A stretch of 64,000 bases of DNA. Source: an uncultured delta proteobacterium. Lineage in GTDB: Bacteria > Myxococcota_A > Polyangia > Polyangiales > Polyangiaceae. The translations under genes and the position numbers were made by a program. The notes beneath the pieces are model-generated. The model was given only the letters and a program-made list of their open reading frames with translations. It did not search any database and was not told where the DNA came from. The DNA lies in NCBI GenBank assembly GCA_963696385.1, contig CAVOKF010000008.1, positions 160,001-224,000 of the forward strand, given 5' to 3'. This document shows, one piece after another, positions 1 through 8,341 of this stretch (position 1 is its first letter; every line of letters starts with the position of its first letter).

Positions 1-148
1 CTACGTGCTCATTCGAACGCGCCCCGGCGCCGACCGGCCCGACGTCCCGCCGGTCCTGACTTTGGCGGTGCATCGCGGGGGCTGGTGGCTCTTTCGAAGA
101 GCCGTACCCGACCTTTGACCCGTTATTGAGATCGCGTACCCTAGGCGG

Positions 149-1516
149 ATGCGTTTGGTGGCATTCGGCGTGGGTTACGTGGGACTCGTCACGGGTACGG
201 GCCTCGCGGAGCTCGGACACGACGTGCTTTGCGTCGATATCGACCCGGATCGCATCGCTCAACTCCAAGACGGGGTGATTCCGATTTACGAGCCGGGCCT
301 CGCCGACCTCGTTCGACGAAACGAACGCGCCGGGCGCCTGAAGTTCGCGACCGACGTGATGGCCCCCTTCGACGAAGCCGACGCGTACTTCATCGCCGTC
401 GGCACCCCGCCTGGACCCGACGGCGCGGCCGACATCAGCGCCGTGCTCACGGTCGGCGACCGAATCGCGCAGATCGCCAAGAGGCCGGCTCTCGTGGTGA
501 ACAAGAGCACCGTGCCTGTCGGCACGTGCGACACGGTGCAAGCCCGAGTCGACAAGGCCAAAGTGACTCTCGAGGTCGTCTCGAATCCCGAGTTTTTGAA
601 GGAGGGGACCGCGGTCGACGACTTTTTCAAGCCGGACCGCATCGTGCTCGGCGCTCGGAGCGAACATGCCCGAGAGACGCTCCGGGCGCTCTACGCACCC
701 TTGCAGCTGTCCGGCGAGCGCGTCGTCGTGACGGATCCGCGATCGAGTGAATTGACCAAATATGCGGCCAACACCATGTTGGCCATCCGCGTTTCGTTCA
801 TGAACGAACTCGCACGCCTGTGTCACGCGACCGGCGCCGACATTCATGCGGTGCGCATGGGCGTCGGCAGCGATACGCGAATCGGCAAACGATTCCTGTA
901 CGCGGGCCCCGGCTACGGAGGGTCGTGTTTCCCGAAGGACGTGCAAGCGCTCTTTCACCTCGGACGCGCCCACGGCGTGGCCATGCGATTGGCGGAGGCG
1001 GCGCACCTCGCCAACGAGGAGCAGGCGCATTTCTTGGCCCACCTCGTGGAAGCCAGCGTGGGCGCCCTATCGGGAAAGACGGTCGCGCTCTGGGGGCTGG
1101 CGTTCAAGCCGGAGACGGACGACATCCGAGAAGCGCCTTCCGTCAAGCTCACCCACGCGCTGCTCGCACGCGGAGCGCGCGTCGTGGCGCACGATCCCGA
1201 GGCCGGGAAGAATTTCGCCAAGGCGATGGCGTCCTATGCCGGACGCGTCAAGGTCGTCGATCGCGACTACGACGCGCTCGACGGTGCGCATGCGCTGGTG
1301 CTTCTGACGGAGTGGCGGAGCTACCGCGCGCCGAACTTCGGGGAGATCCGCAAGCGTCTGCTCTTGGCCGACGACGGCGGCCCCCCGGTGGTCATCGACG
1401 GCCGCAACGTGTGGCGTCCTTCGGAGGTGACCCGAGCGGGCCTACGCTACCAGGGGATCGGGGTTCCCTCCAACCAGCCGTCGCCGGACCGCGCATCGAC
1501 GACCGCTTTGCGCTGA
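149..1516 (+). CDS. ugd: UDP-glucose 6-dehydrogenase (UDP-glucose/GDP-mannose dehydrogenase family)
   Basis: N-terminal GVGYVG Rossmann motif, KSTVPVGT, SNPEFLKEG, catalytic GYGGSCFPKD, GLAFKPETDDIREAPS. Confidence 0.95.
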   Translation: MRLVAFGVGYVGLVTGTGLAELGHDVLCVDIDPDRIAQLQDGVIPIYEPGLADLVRRNERAGRLKFATDVMAPFDEADAYFIAVGTPPGPDGAADISAVLTVGDRIAQIAKRPALVVNKSTVPVGTCDTVQARVDKAKVTLEVVSNPEFLKEGTAVDDFFKPDRIVLGARSEHARETLRALYAPLQLSGERVVVTDPRSSELTKYAANTMLAIRVSFMNELARLCHATGADIHAVRMGVGSDTRIGKRFLYAGPGYGGSCFPKDVQALFHLGRAHGVAMRLAEAAHLANEEQAHFLAHLVEASVGALSGKTVALWGLAFKPETDDIREAPSVKLTHALLARGARVVAHDPEAGKNFAKAMASYAGRVKVVDRDYDALDGAHALVLLTEWRSYRAPNFGEIRKRLLLADDGGPPVVIDGRNVWRPSEVTRAGLRYQGIGVPSNQPSPDRASTTALR

Positions 1517-1525
1517 CGAGAGCCC

Positions 1526-2482
1526 GTGGCCCGCTTCGCGGTCACCGGGGGCGTGGGCTTCATCGGCTACCACGTGACTCGTGCGCTTCTCGCGCGCGGC
1601 GACGAAGTCGTCGTCGCCGACGACTTTTCGGACGCGCCCTATCCGCGCGCGTACAAGAGGCGCAACGAAGCGGACTTGCAGGCGGAGTTCGATCCGGTAC
1701 GCGTCGTGGAGGGTTGCGTGACGGACCGCCGCGCGATGGCCACGGTCGTCGACGGGGCCGATTGCCTGATCCATTTGGCGGGGCTGGCGGGGGTGAGACC
1801 GTCGTTCGCCCAACCGGCCCGCTACGCGCGCGTCAACGTCGAGGGCACCGCCGTGATGCAGGAACTCGCTCGCGAGTTCGGGGTCGGACGTTTCGTCTTT
1901 GCCTCGAGCTCGTCGGTCTACGGCAACGCCACGCCGCTGCCCGCCCGCGAAGACGCTCCCGCGGTAACGCCCGAATCGCCCTATGCCGCGAGCAAGCGGA
2001 GCGCGGAGCTCGTGGCGAGCGCGCTGTCGAACCTCACCCCGTCGATGCGATGCGTCGCGCTGCGGTTCTTCACCGTATACGGGCCTCGGCAGCGTCCCGA
2101 AATGGCCATCGCCACATTTACTCGCGCTGCCCTCGCGCGGCAAACGGTGACGATGTACGGCGACGGATCGATGCGCCGCGACTTCACCCACGTCGACGAC
2201 ATCGTCCGCGGCGTGGTCGCGGCGGCGGATCGCGCTCGACCCGGGTTTCGCGTCTACAATCTGGGGTCCGGCGCGCCGGTCGCCTTGAGCACACTCGTCG
2301 AATGGATCGGCCACGCGGCGGGGGCCGCGATCCGGGTCGAACGGTCGCCGGTGCCCCTCGGCGACGTGGACGCCACGTTCGCCGACACCACGCGGGCGGC
2401 TAGCGAGCTCGACTGGAAGCCTCGCATCCCTCTGCGTCAGGGTCTAACGAGCGTCGTCGAGTGGATCCGAGCCAACGGCTAG
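1526..2482 (+). CDS. NAD-dependent epimerase/dehydratase, UDP-glucuronate 4-epimerase-like
   Basis: TGGVGFIG, HLAGLAGVRPS, ASSSSVYG, YAASK, LRFFTVYGPRQRPEMA, RDFTHVDD; directly downstream of ugd; GTG start. Confidence 0.88.
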   Translation: MARFAVTGGVGFIGYHVTRALLARGDEVVVADDFSDAPYPRAYKRRNEADLQAEFDPVRVVEGCVTDRRAMATVVDGADCLIHLAGLAGVRPSFAQPARYARVNVEGTAVMQELAREFGVGRFVFASSSSVYGNATPLPAREDAPAVTPESPYAASKRSAELVASALSNLTPSMRCVALRFFTVYGPRQRPEMAIATFTRAALARQTVTMYGDGSMRRDFTHVDDIVRGVVAAADRARPGFRVYNLGSGAPVALSTLVEWIGHAAGAAIRVERSPVPLGDVDATFADTTRAASELDWKPRIPLRQGLTSVVEWIRANG

Positions 2483-2507
2483 GCCCATTCGCAACCGCGA
2501 ACTGCGT

Positions 2508-2949
2508 GCTTCCTGCTGGGGTGCTCGAGGGGAGCGGCATTCGCTCCCCTCGACGTGTCGTGGATACCTGTACGGCGAGAGTGGAGCCGAGCGAGCGAAG
2601 CGAGTCGAGGCGGAGCGAAGCGCTCAGGGCGACCCTGGTTCCGAAAAACTAAGAGCGAAGCGCTCAGGGTCACCCTGGTTCCGAAAAACTAGAACTAGCT
2701 TCCTGCTGGGGTGCTCGAGGGGAGCGGCATTCGCTCCCCTCGACGTGTCGTGGATGCCTGTACGGCGAGAGTGGAGCCGAGCGAGCGAAGCGAGTCGAGG
2801 CGGAGCGAAGCGCTCAGGGCGACCCTGGTTCCGAAAAACTAGAAAGCCGAGCGAGCGAAGCGAGTCGAGGCGGAGCGAAGCGATCAGGTTCACCCTGGTT
2901 CTGCAACTAAGAGCGAGCGCTCAGGGTGACCCTGGTTCCGCAAAACTAA
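2508..2949. repeat. Mosaic hairpin-rich intergenic repeat (family A): two ~144-bp copies plus extra ~39-bp end modules; REP/BIME- or MITE-like
   Basis: 2508-2651 and 2698-2841 are near identical. Module GAGCGAAGCGCTC-AGGGNNACCCTGGTTCCGAAAAACTA occurs at about 2613, 2653, 2803, 2873 and 2911 (last two degenerate). 12-bp stem TCGAGGGGAGCG/CGCTCCCCTCGA. Confidence 0.9.
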
Positions 2950-4384
2950 ACGCGGGGTGCATGCGTTCGCGCTTCGTGCTCGGCGCGGGCCGCAGATGCC
3001 CCCCGAGATAGATGAGACCGTTGAATGCCGTCCAGGGGCGGGCGTGGCGAAACGTCGTGAGCCACTGCATCATTTTCGGACGGTTGACGCTGGGTCGCAA
3101 GCCGCAGGCAACGGCGTGGTCCTGCGCTTGCCGGAAGGCCTCCGCAGTTCGCTCCTGGACGGCGGGGGGCGAGCACCGTTCGCGCGCCCGCCGCGCGGCC
3201 GCCTTGCCCAGTTTGGCCCGTGCGGCCGGGTCCCGGATCAGCTCGACGGCGGCCCGGCCGAACGCCCGATCCGCGGACGCCTCGGCGTCGTCGCCTTTTC
3301 CCGGCGCGAACAGAATGCCGTTCGTGCCGTCGTGAATCTGAGCGGTGACCCCCATTCCATCGGCGAATGCGATCGTCGGCGTACCGCACCAAAGGGCCTC
3401 GCCCAGAACGTTACCGTACGTCTCGCTCAACGAAGCGTGCACGAACAGGTCCGCGAACCGGTAGTAATCCGGCATCGTCGTCCATGGGACCTCGCCCGTG
3501 AAGAAGACCCGATGCCCGGCACCCAAGTCGTAGGCCACCCGGCGAAAGTGCGCCGCGTCGGGCCCGTCGCCCACGAGCGTCAGTGTGGCCTCGGGCTCCG
3601 CCGGCAAGATGTGCTTGGCGAATATTCGGATGATGCGATCCTGCGACTTCTCGCGCGTGTGCCGGCCCGCGCAGAGCAGCCGCGGACCGCCCTGGGGCGC
3701 CCCACCCTGCTCGATAAGATGGGTATAGGGATCGGCTCCGAGGTCCCTGTCGAATACGTCGGGCTGAACGGCGCGCGGGATCACGTGAATGGGCGCCGTG
3801 ACGCCTCGTTCGCGCCAGTACGTGCGCAGCCCCTCGCTCAGAACCACTAGCCCGTCACTCTGGTTGTAGATGCTCGAGAACAGCCGTTCGAACGGGCGCT
3901 TCAGCGCGAAATGGAGGCCGGCCTGCACGAGGTCACTTTTGGACAGTCGCTCCGGCAATAAGACGTCGTAAGCCGCGACCAAATGCGTCGTATTCACGCA
4001 GAGTAACGGCACGCCCTTCATCTCGCGCAGCCAAATTCCAAACTGGAGCAGCAGCGTCGTGGTCTGCGCGAAGCAGATGTCGAAATTCCAGCGATCGGGA
4101 TCGAAAATCCACGGCGCAAGCGGCATCGGCAGATGGACGCCGGGATACGCCTTCAGCGGGACGCTCGGCAGGGCTACCGTCCCCGGGGCCAGTTCGTCCG
4201 GGGACGCGTCCGGATCATGAGGCCCGATGACTGTGACCTCATGACCACAGCGTCGCAATTCTTGATACAGGAACCGTGTCTGAAATACCGCACCGTTGGC
4301 GTAGGGGATCCGGATGAAGTCGCTCAAGATGGCAACGCGCAGCGGCCGCCCGTGCCGCGCGGCGAGGGCCGCAAACGGCGGCAC
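2921..4384 (-). CDS. GT4 (GT-B fold) glycosyltransferase, resembling glycolipid/diacylglycerol glycosyltransferases
   Basis: LRVAILSD...NGAV, GHEVTVIGP, GRHTREKSQD, ADLFVHASLSETYGNVLGEA. Start uncertain (GTG 4384 or 4465); the upstream ORF extension overlaps the divergent gene. Confidence 0.85.
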   Translation of the reverse strand: MPPFAALAARHGRPLRVAILSDFIRIPYANGAVFQTRFLYQELRRCGHEVTVIGPHDPDASPDELAPGTVALPSVPLKAYPGVHLPMPLAPWIFDPDRWNFDICFAQTTTLLLQFGIWLREMKGVPLLCVNTTHLVAAYDVLLPERLSKSDLVQAGLHFALKRPFERLFSSIYNQSDGLVVLSEGLRTYWRERGVTAPIHVIPRAVQPDVFDRDLGADPYTHLIEQGGAPQGGPRLLCAGRHTREKSQDRIIRIFAKHILPAEPEATLTLVGDGPDAAHFRRVAYDLGAGHRVFFTGEVPWTTMPDYYRFADLFVHASLSETYGNVLGEALWCGTPTIAFADGMGVTAQIHDGTNGILFAPGKGDDAEASADRAFGRAAVELIRDPAARAKLGKAAARRARERCSPPAVQERTAEAFRQAQDHAVACGLRPSVNRPKMMQWLTTFRHARPWTAFNGLIYLGGHLRPAPSTKRERMHPAFSFAEPGSP

Positions 4385-4480
4385 GCCGGGACCGTGGACG
4401 GCGGCAAGCGTCGCGTTGGCCGGCCTTGCGCGCCTTGGCGCCGCCCTTGGGCCCTCGCCTTCCACAGGAGCCGGGATCGC

Positions 4481-5683
4481 TTGAAAATCGTCGACGTCAC
4501 GGAATTTTACTCGGAGCGGGGCGGTGGGATTCGAAGCCATCTGACGACTCGAGGTCACTTTCTGTGCCAGCGCAATCACGACCATCTGGTCATTGCGCCA
4601 GGCGGACGCGAAGAAGATGCCGTAACGGGCTCCAACGTCGCGCAAGGCGGTACGGGCAGGTCGCGGATCGTCCGTTTTGCCGGCCCTGCCCTGCCGTACG
4701 ACCGCACCTACCACTTGCTCGGGCGACTGGACAAGGTTCGGCAGCGGATCCGGAGCGAGCAACCCGACGTGGTCGAGGCTCATTCGCCGTACCTCGCGAC
4801 GGCGGCAATCCTAGGGTCCCGCAACCGTCTTAGACAAGTCACCACAGCGTTTTGGCACACCGACCACGTGGGGACGTATATCGAGCCGGCGCTGGCGGCG
4901 CGCCTCGGAAACGGGCTGACTCGCGTGATATCCCGTCCGCTCTGGTCGCTCACGGCAGCGGTTCTAGCGCCATTCGACGCGGTGTTCGTTGCGGGCCGGG
5001 CGCAAGCCGATCGTCTGCGCTCCGCGGGGGTTCGATCGGTCGTTTTCGCGCCCTTCGGCGTGGACACGACGATCTTCCATCCGGCGCATCGCGACGAAGC
5101 CTGGCGCCGCCGATGGCTTCCGGGGACGCGCGACGAGGTGCCCCTGCTGATCGGAGTCGGCCGATTCGCTTACGAGAAGCGGTGGGACGTCGTCATCCAA
5201 GCGTTCGCGCGGGTGCGCTCGCGCCGAGAGGCCGTTCTGGTGCTCTACGGAGATGGCCCCGAGCGGGAGCGGCTCGAGCGAATGGCCCCCGAAGGGGTCC
5301 ACTTTGCCGGGTTCGAGAAGGATCGACCGAGGCTCGCCGCTGCACTCGCCAGCGCAGACATCCTCGTGCATGCCAGTCCGTACGAGACGTTCGGCCTCGG
5401 TATTGCCGAGGCCGTCGCGTCCGGGCTGCCCGCCGTCGTGCCCGACGTCGGTGGCGCTCTTCAAAGCGTGGACCCGAGCTGCGGCGAAACGTATAGAAGC
5501 CTCGACCCGGCCGCCTGCGCGGCAGCCATCCACATGATCTTGGACCGGAATCCAGAGGAGCTGCGGGATCGAGCGGTCAAGGCCGCACAGCGAGTCCACA
5601 CGGCGGAGGCGCATTTTAACATAGTTTTATCCACTTATGACGAGTTATTGAAAGAAAAATATCATCACTCGCTTCGACGGTGA
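4481..5683 (+). CDS. GT4 glycosyltransferase (alpha-1,6-mannosyltransferase-like)
   Basis: TTG start giving MKIVDVTEFYSERGGGIRS; VGRFAYEKR; ADILVHASPYETFGLGIAEAVASGLP. Confidence 0.88.
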   Translation: MKIVDVTEFYSERGGGIRSHLTTRGHFLCQRNHDHLVIAPGGREEDAVTGSNVAQGGTGRSRIVRFAGPALPYDRTYHLLGRLDKVRQRIRSEQPDVVEAHSPYLATAAILGSRNRLRQVTTAFWHTDHVGTYIEPALAARLGNGLTRVISRPLWSLTAAVLAPFDAVFVAGRAQADRLRSAGVRSVVFAPFGVDTTIFHPAHRDEAWRRRWLPGTRDEVPLLIGVGRFAYEKRWDVVIQAFARVRSRREAVLVLYGDGPERERLERMAPEGVHFAGFEKDRPRLAAALASADILVHASPYETFGLGIAEAVASGLPAVVPDVGGALQSVDPSCGETYRSLDPAACAAAIHMILDRNPEELRDRAVKAAQRVHTAEAHFNIVLSTYDELLKEKYHHSLRR

Positions 5684-5687
5684 AACC

Positions 5688-6461
5688 GTGCCCGTCCACG
5701 TGTCGATTCACGATGCAGCTCCGTGTTGGGCATCCGAGGTCGAGGCGGCGTTGCGCCTCTGCCACGCCGAGCGAATCCGGCCTGCGCTTCTCGTGGTCCC
5801 CAATTTCCATGGCACTGCCCCGCTGCTCGAATCGCCGACGTTTTGTTCGCGGCTGCGCGATCTCCAAGCCGACGGCCACGAAGTGTTTTTGCACGGCTTT
5901 CTTCATCGAAGCTCGCCTCGGTACGACCCGAGCCGCGGGCATTCGCGCATCGGCTGGCTCTTTGCGCAGCGGCTCGCATCGGGCGGCGAGGCCGAAATGA
6001 GCGACGTGTCCGAGAGCGAAGGCCGCGATCGCATCGAGGCCGGAGAGGTCGTGCTCCACCGTGCGGGACTCACGATCGATGGGTTCGTTGCCCCGGCCTG
6101 GTCGATGCCCCGATGGCTATTGCCGTGGTTGTCCGAACGCGGGTATCGATTTAGCGAGGATCACTTTCGCGTTTATGACCCCAAGGAGCGACGCTCGCGG
6201 AGCAGCGTCGTGCTCAACTGGGCCACTCGGTCTCCCGAGCGCATCCTCTCGACCATCGGCTGGTGCCGGTTGGCACGCTACGGTCGGGCCTTCGTTCCGG
6301 CGCGCATCGCCATCCACCCGGCCGACATGCGTGTCTGGATCGTCCGCAGGGAAGTCGAGCGTCTGCTCCGATGGGCGCGCGGCGACGTCGTAGCGCGCGG
6401 AGCGGATCTCTTCGGGCCTCGCGAGGCCATGGCCTCCCCGGCGCCGGGTGGATCCGTGTGA
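5688..6461 (+). CDS. DUF2334 family predicted (polysaccharide) deacetylase
   Basis: VSIHDAAP, LLVVPNFH, EVFLHGFLH, GEAEM, GFVAPAW, RIAIHPAD motifs. Confidence 0.82.
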   Translation: MPVHVSIHDAAPCWASEVEAALRLCHAERIRPALLVVPNFHGTAPLLESPTFCSRLRDLQADGHEVFLHGFLHRSSPRYDPSRGHSRIGWLFAQRLASGGEAEMSDVSESEGRDRIEAGEVVLHRAGLTIDGFVAPAWSMPRWLLPWLSERGYRFSEDHFRVYDPKERRSRSSVVLNWATRSPERILSTIGWCRLARYGRAFVPARIAIHPADMRVWIVRREVERLLRWARGDVVARGADLFGPREAMASPAPGGSV

Positions 6462-8341
6462 GCGCGTGGCCCATCGAAGTCGCCGCGACCCCGGCCCTGC
6501 GGGACGCCTCGGCAATGACCCCCGCCGAGGTTCGGCGATACCTCCTGGCGAGTCTCGTGCTCGTGATGGTCACGTCGTACTTCAGCGTGACATTCTTTCA
6601 CCCCGACGAGCACTACCAAGTGGTCGAGCTCGTCGGGCTGAAGCTCGGAAGGACGACGGAAACGAACCTTCCCTGGGAGTTTCACGAGCGGATGCGCGCG
6701 TGGCTGCAACCGGCCGCCTATACCGCCATCGCACGCGCCGCCGAGACGATCGGCCTTCGCGACCCATTTGCTTTGGCCTGGCTATGGCGCATGGCCTCGG
6801 GGCTTCTCGCGTGGGGAGCGATCCGCAGCATGATACGAACGTCGTTGGGCTGGTGCGACGGCCGGACCAGCGCGATCGTGCAGATCCGAGCCATCGCGCT
6901 GCTCGGGTTCGTTCCTTATCTGGCCGTGCGCACGTCGTCGGAGAACGTCTCGTGTTCGCTCCTCACGATCGGCTTCTGCTTCTGGATGGGCAGGCTCCAT
7001 GCCGGCGATCGTGCAGCCGGCGGCGCCGACCGCGGGAGCCGTTCGACCCTTTCCGCGCCCGTCGCATTCGTCGGCGGAGGACTCTTCGGACTCGCCTTCG
7101 AATGCCGCTTCCAGACCGCGGTCCTCGCTGCCGGGCTGATCGCGTGGCTCTGCGTTTTTCGGCGACTCCGGCCGGGGGGAGCCCTTTCGCTCGCGGCCGG
7201 CGTCATCGCCGCCCTAGCGGTCGGCTTGCTGGTCGATCGGTGGGGGTATGGCGAATGGACCTTCCCGGCCGTCCACTATTTCTATCGGAACGTCGTCGAC
7301 CGAATCGCGTCTCGCGAGTTCGGGGTCACTCCGGTCTACGGCTATCTCTATCTTCTTCCGTCCAACATCTTCGGGCCGGTCGTCGTCGTTCTGATGGCCG
7401 GTTTGACCCTGACCTGGGTGCGCCACCCCAAGCATCCTCTGACCTGGGCAACCCTGCCCTACGCCTTCGTCCACTGCGCTTTGGACCACAAGGAAGAGCG
7501 GTTTTTCTTTCCCATCCTGCTTTTGGCGACGGCCGGCGTGACGCTCGGCTTTTCTCCCGCTCGTCGCATTTCCCCTCTGGGCCCGATCGGGTCGCGTGTC
7601 GCGCGGATCGGCGACCTGGTCGCCGGACGACTCTGGAACTTGCGATGCGGCTGGATCGCCCGAATCGTCGTGGCCGACAACCTGCTCGGCCTGCTGCTCT
7701 TGGCCGTCTACCCGCTCGGTTGGCGATCCAATCTCACGTTTTATGCCTACGTCGACCGTCACCTGCAGCCCGATTCGCGCATCCTGAAGCTCGGCGACTG
7801 GCATTTCCCCGAATACCCATTTTATCAAAACGGCCTGTGGCGCGTCGAAACGCTGGCTCGGACCGACAACGTGCACGCCTCGAGGATCGAGCCCCTGCGA
7901 CGAGAGCCCACCTATTTCGTGACGCCGCTGCCGTACGACGGCGTGCCCACCCGCGCCGGCGCGACGGCCGAGCTCGTCTACTCGGACTTCCCCGGCTGGC
8001 AATGGTCGACGATCCGGGACTGGGTCGGCCCGCTTCTTCGACACGCCCGTCGGATTCTCGACCCCATCGAAATCATCCCCCAGGCCAAATGGCTGACGCT
8101 CTATCGCCTCGAGTCCGGCAGCTCGCCGCCCATCGGTTTGCCCGAACGGCTCGGTAGCGACGGCGCCGTCGCGCTTTCGGTCTCGCGCGCGGGCGCGACG
8201 CCGTCCACGGCGAAGACCCCCGAGCCGCCGTGGCTCCGACGGCGCGCGGGCGAGATCAAGTGCAACATCGACGGGACCACGAACAAGGCGCTCGCCAGGC
8301 ACGCGACCTCGCCGCTCATCGCGACCCAGCCGAAGGACTGA
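6458..8341 (+). CDS. PIG-B/Alg9-like (GT22, GT-C fold) polytopic mannosyltransferase
   Basis: FFHPDEHYQVVE, LPWEF...MRAWLQP, VRTSSE, RFQT, VDRWGYGEWTFP...YF, FGVTPVYGY, HKEERFFFP; many TM segments. GTG start overlaps the upstream TGA (GTGA). The 3' end overlaps the convergent MMPL gene. Confidence 0.82.
   Translation: MSAWPIEVAATPALRDASAMTPAEVRRYLLASLVLVMVTSYFSVTFFHPDEHYQVVELVGLKLGRTTETNLPWEFHERMRAWLQPAAYTAIARAAETIGLRDPFALAWLWRMASGLLAWGAIRSMIRTSLGWCDGRTSAIVQIRAIALLGFVPYLAVRTSSENVSCSLLTIGFCFWMGRLHAGDRAAGGADRGSRSTLSAPVAFVGGGLFGLAFECRFQTAVLAAGLIAWLCVFRRLRPGGALSLAAGVIAALAVGLLVDRWGYGEWTFPAVHYFYRNVVDRIASREFGVTPVYGYLYLLPSNIFGPVVVVLMAGLTLTWVRHPKHPLTWATLPYAFVHCALDHKEERFFFPILLLATAGVTLGFSPARRISPLGPIGSRVARIGDLVAGRLWNLRCGWIARIVVADNLLGLLLLAVYPLGWRSNLTFYAYVDRHLQPDSRILKLGDWHFPEYPFYQNGLWRVETLARTDNVHASRIEPLRREPTYFVTPLPYDGVPTRAGATAELVYSDFPGWQWSTIRDWVGPLLRHARRILDPIEIIPQAKWLTLYRLESGSSPPIGLPERLGSDGAVALSVSRAGATPSTAKTPEPPWLRRRAGEIKCNIDGTTNKALARHATSPLIATQPKD

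Noticed and set aside
2613..2949. Five ~39-bp palindromic modules as a CRISPR array
   Set aside because: Intervening sequences are absent or are themselves repeated parts of the element; spacing is irregular.
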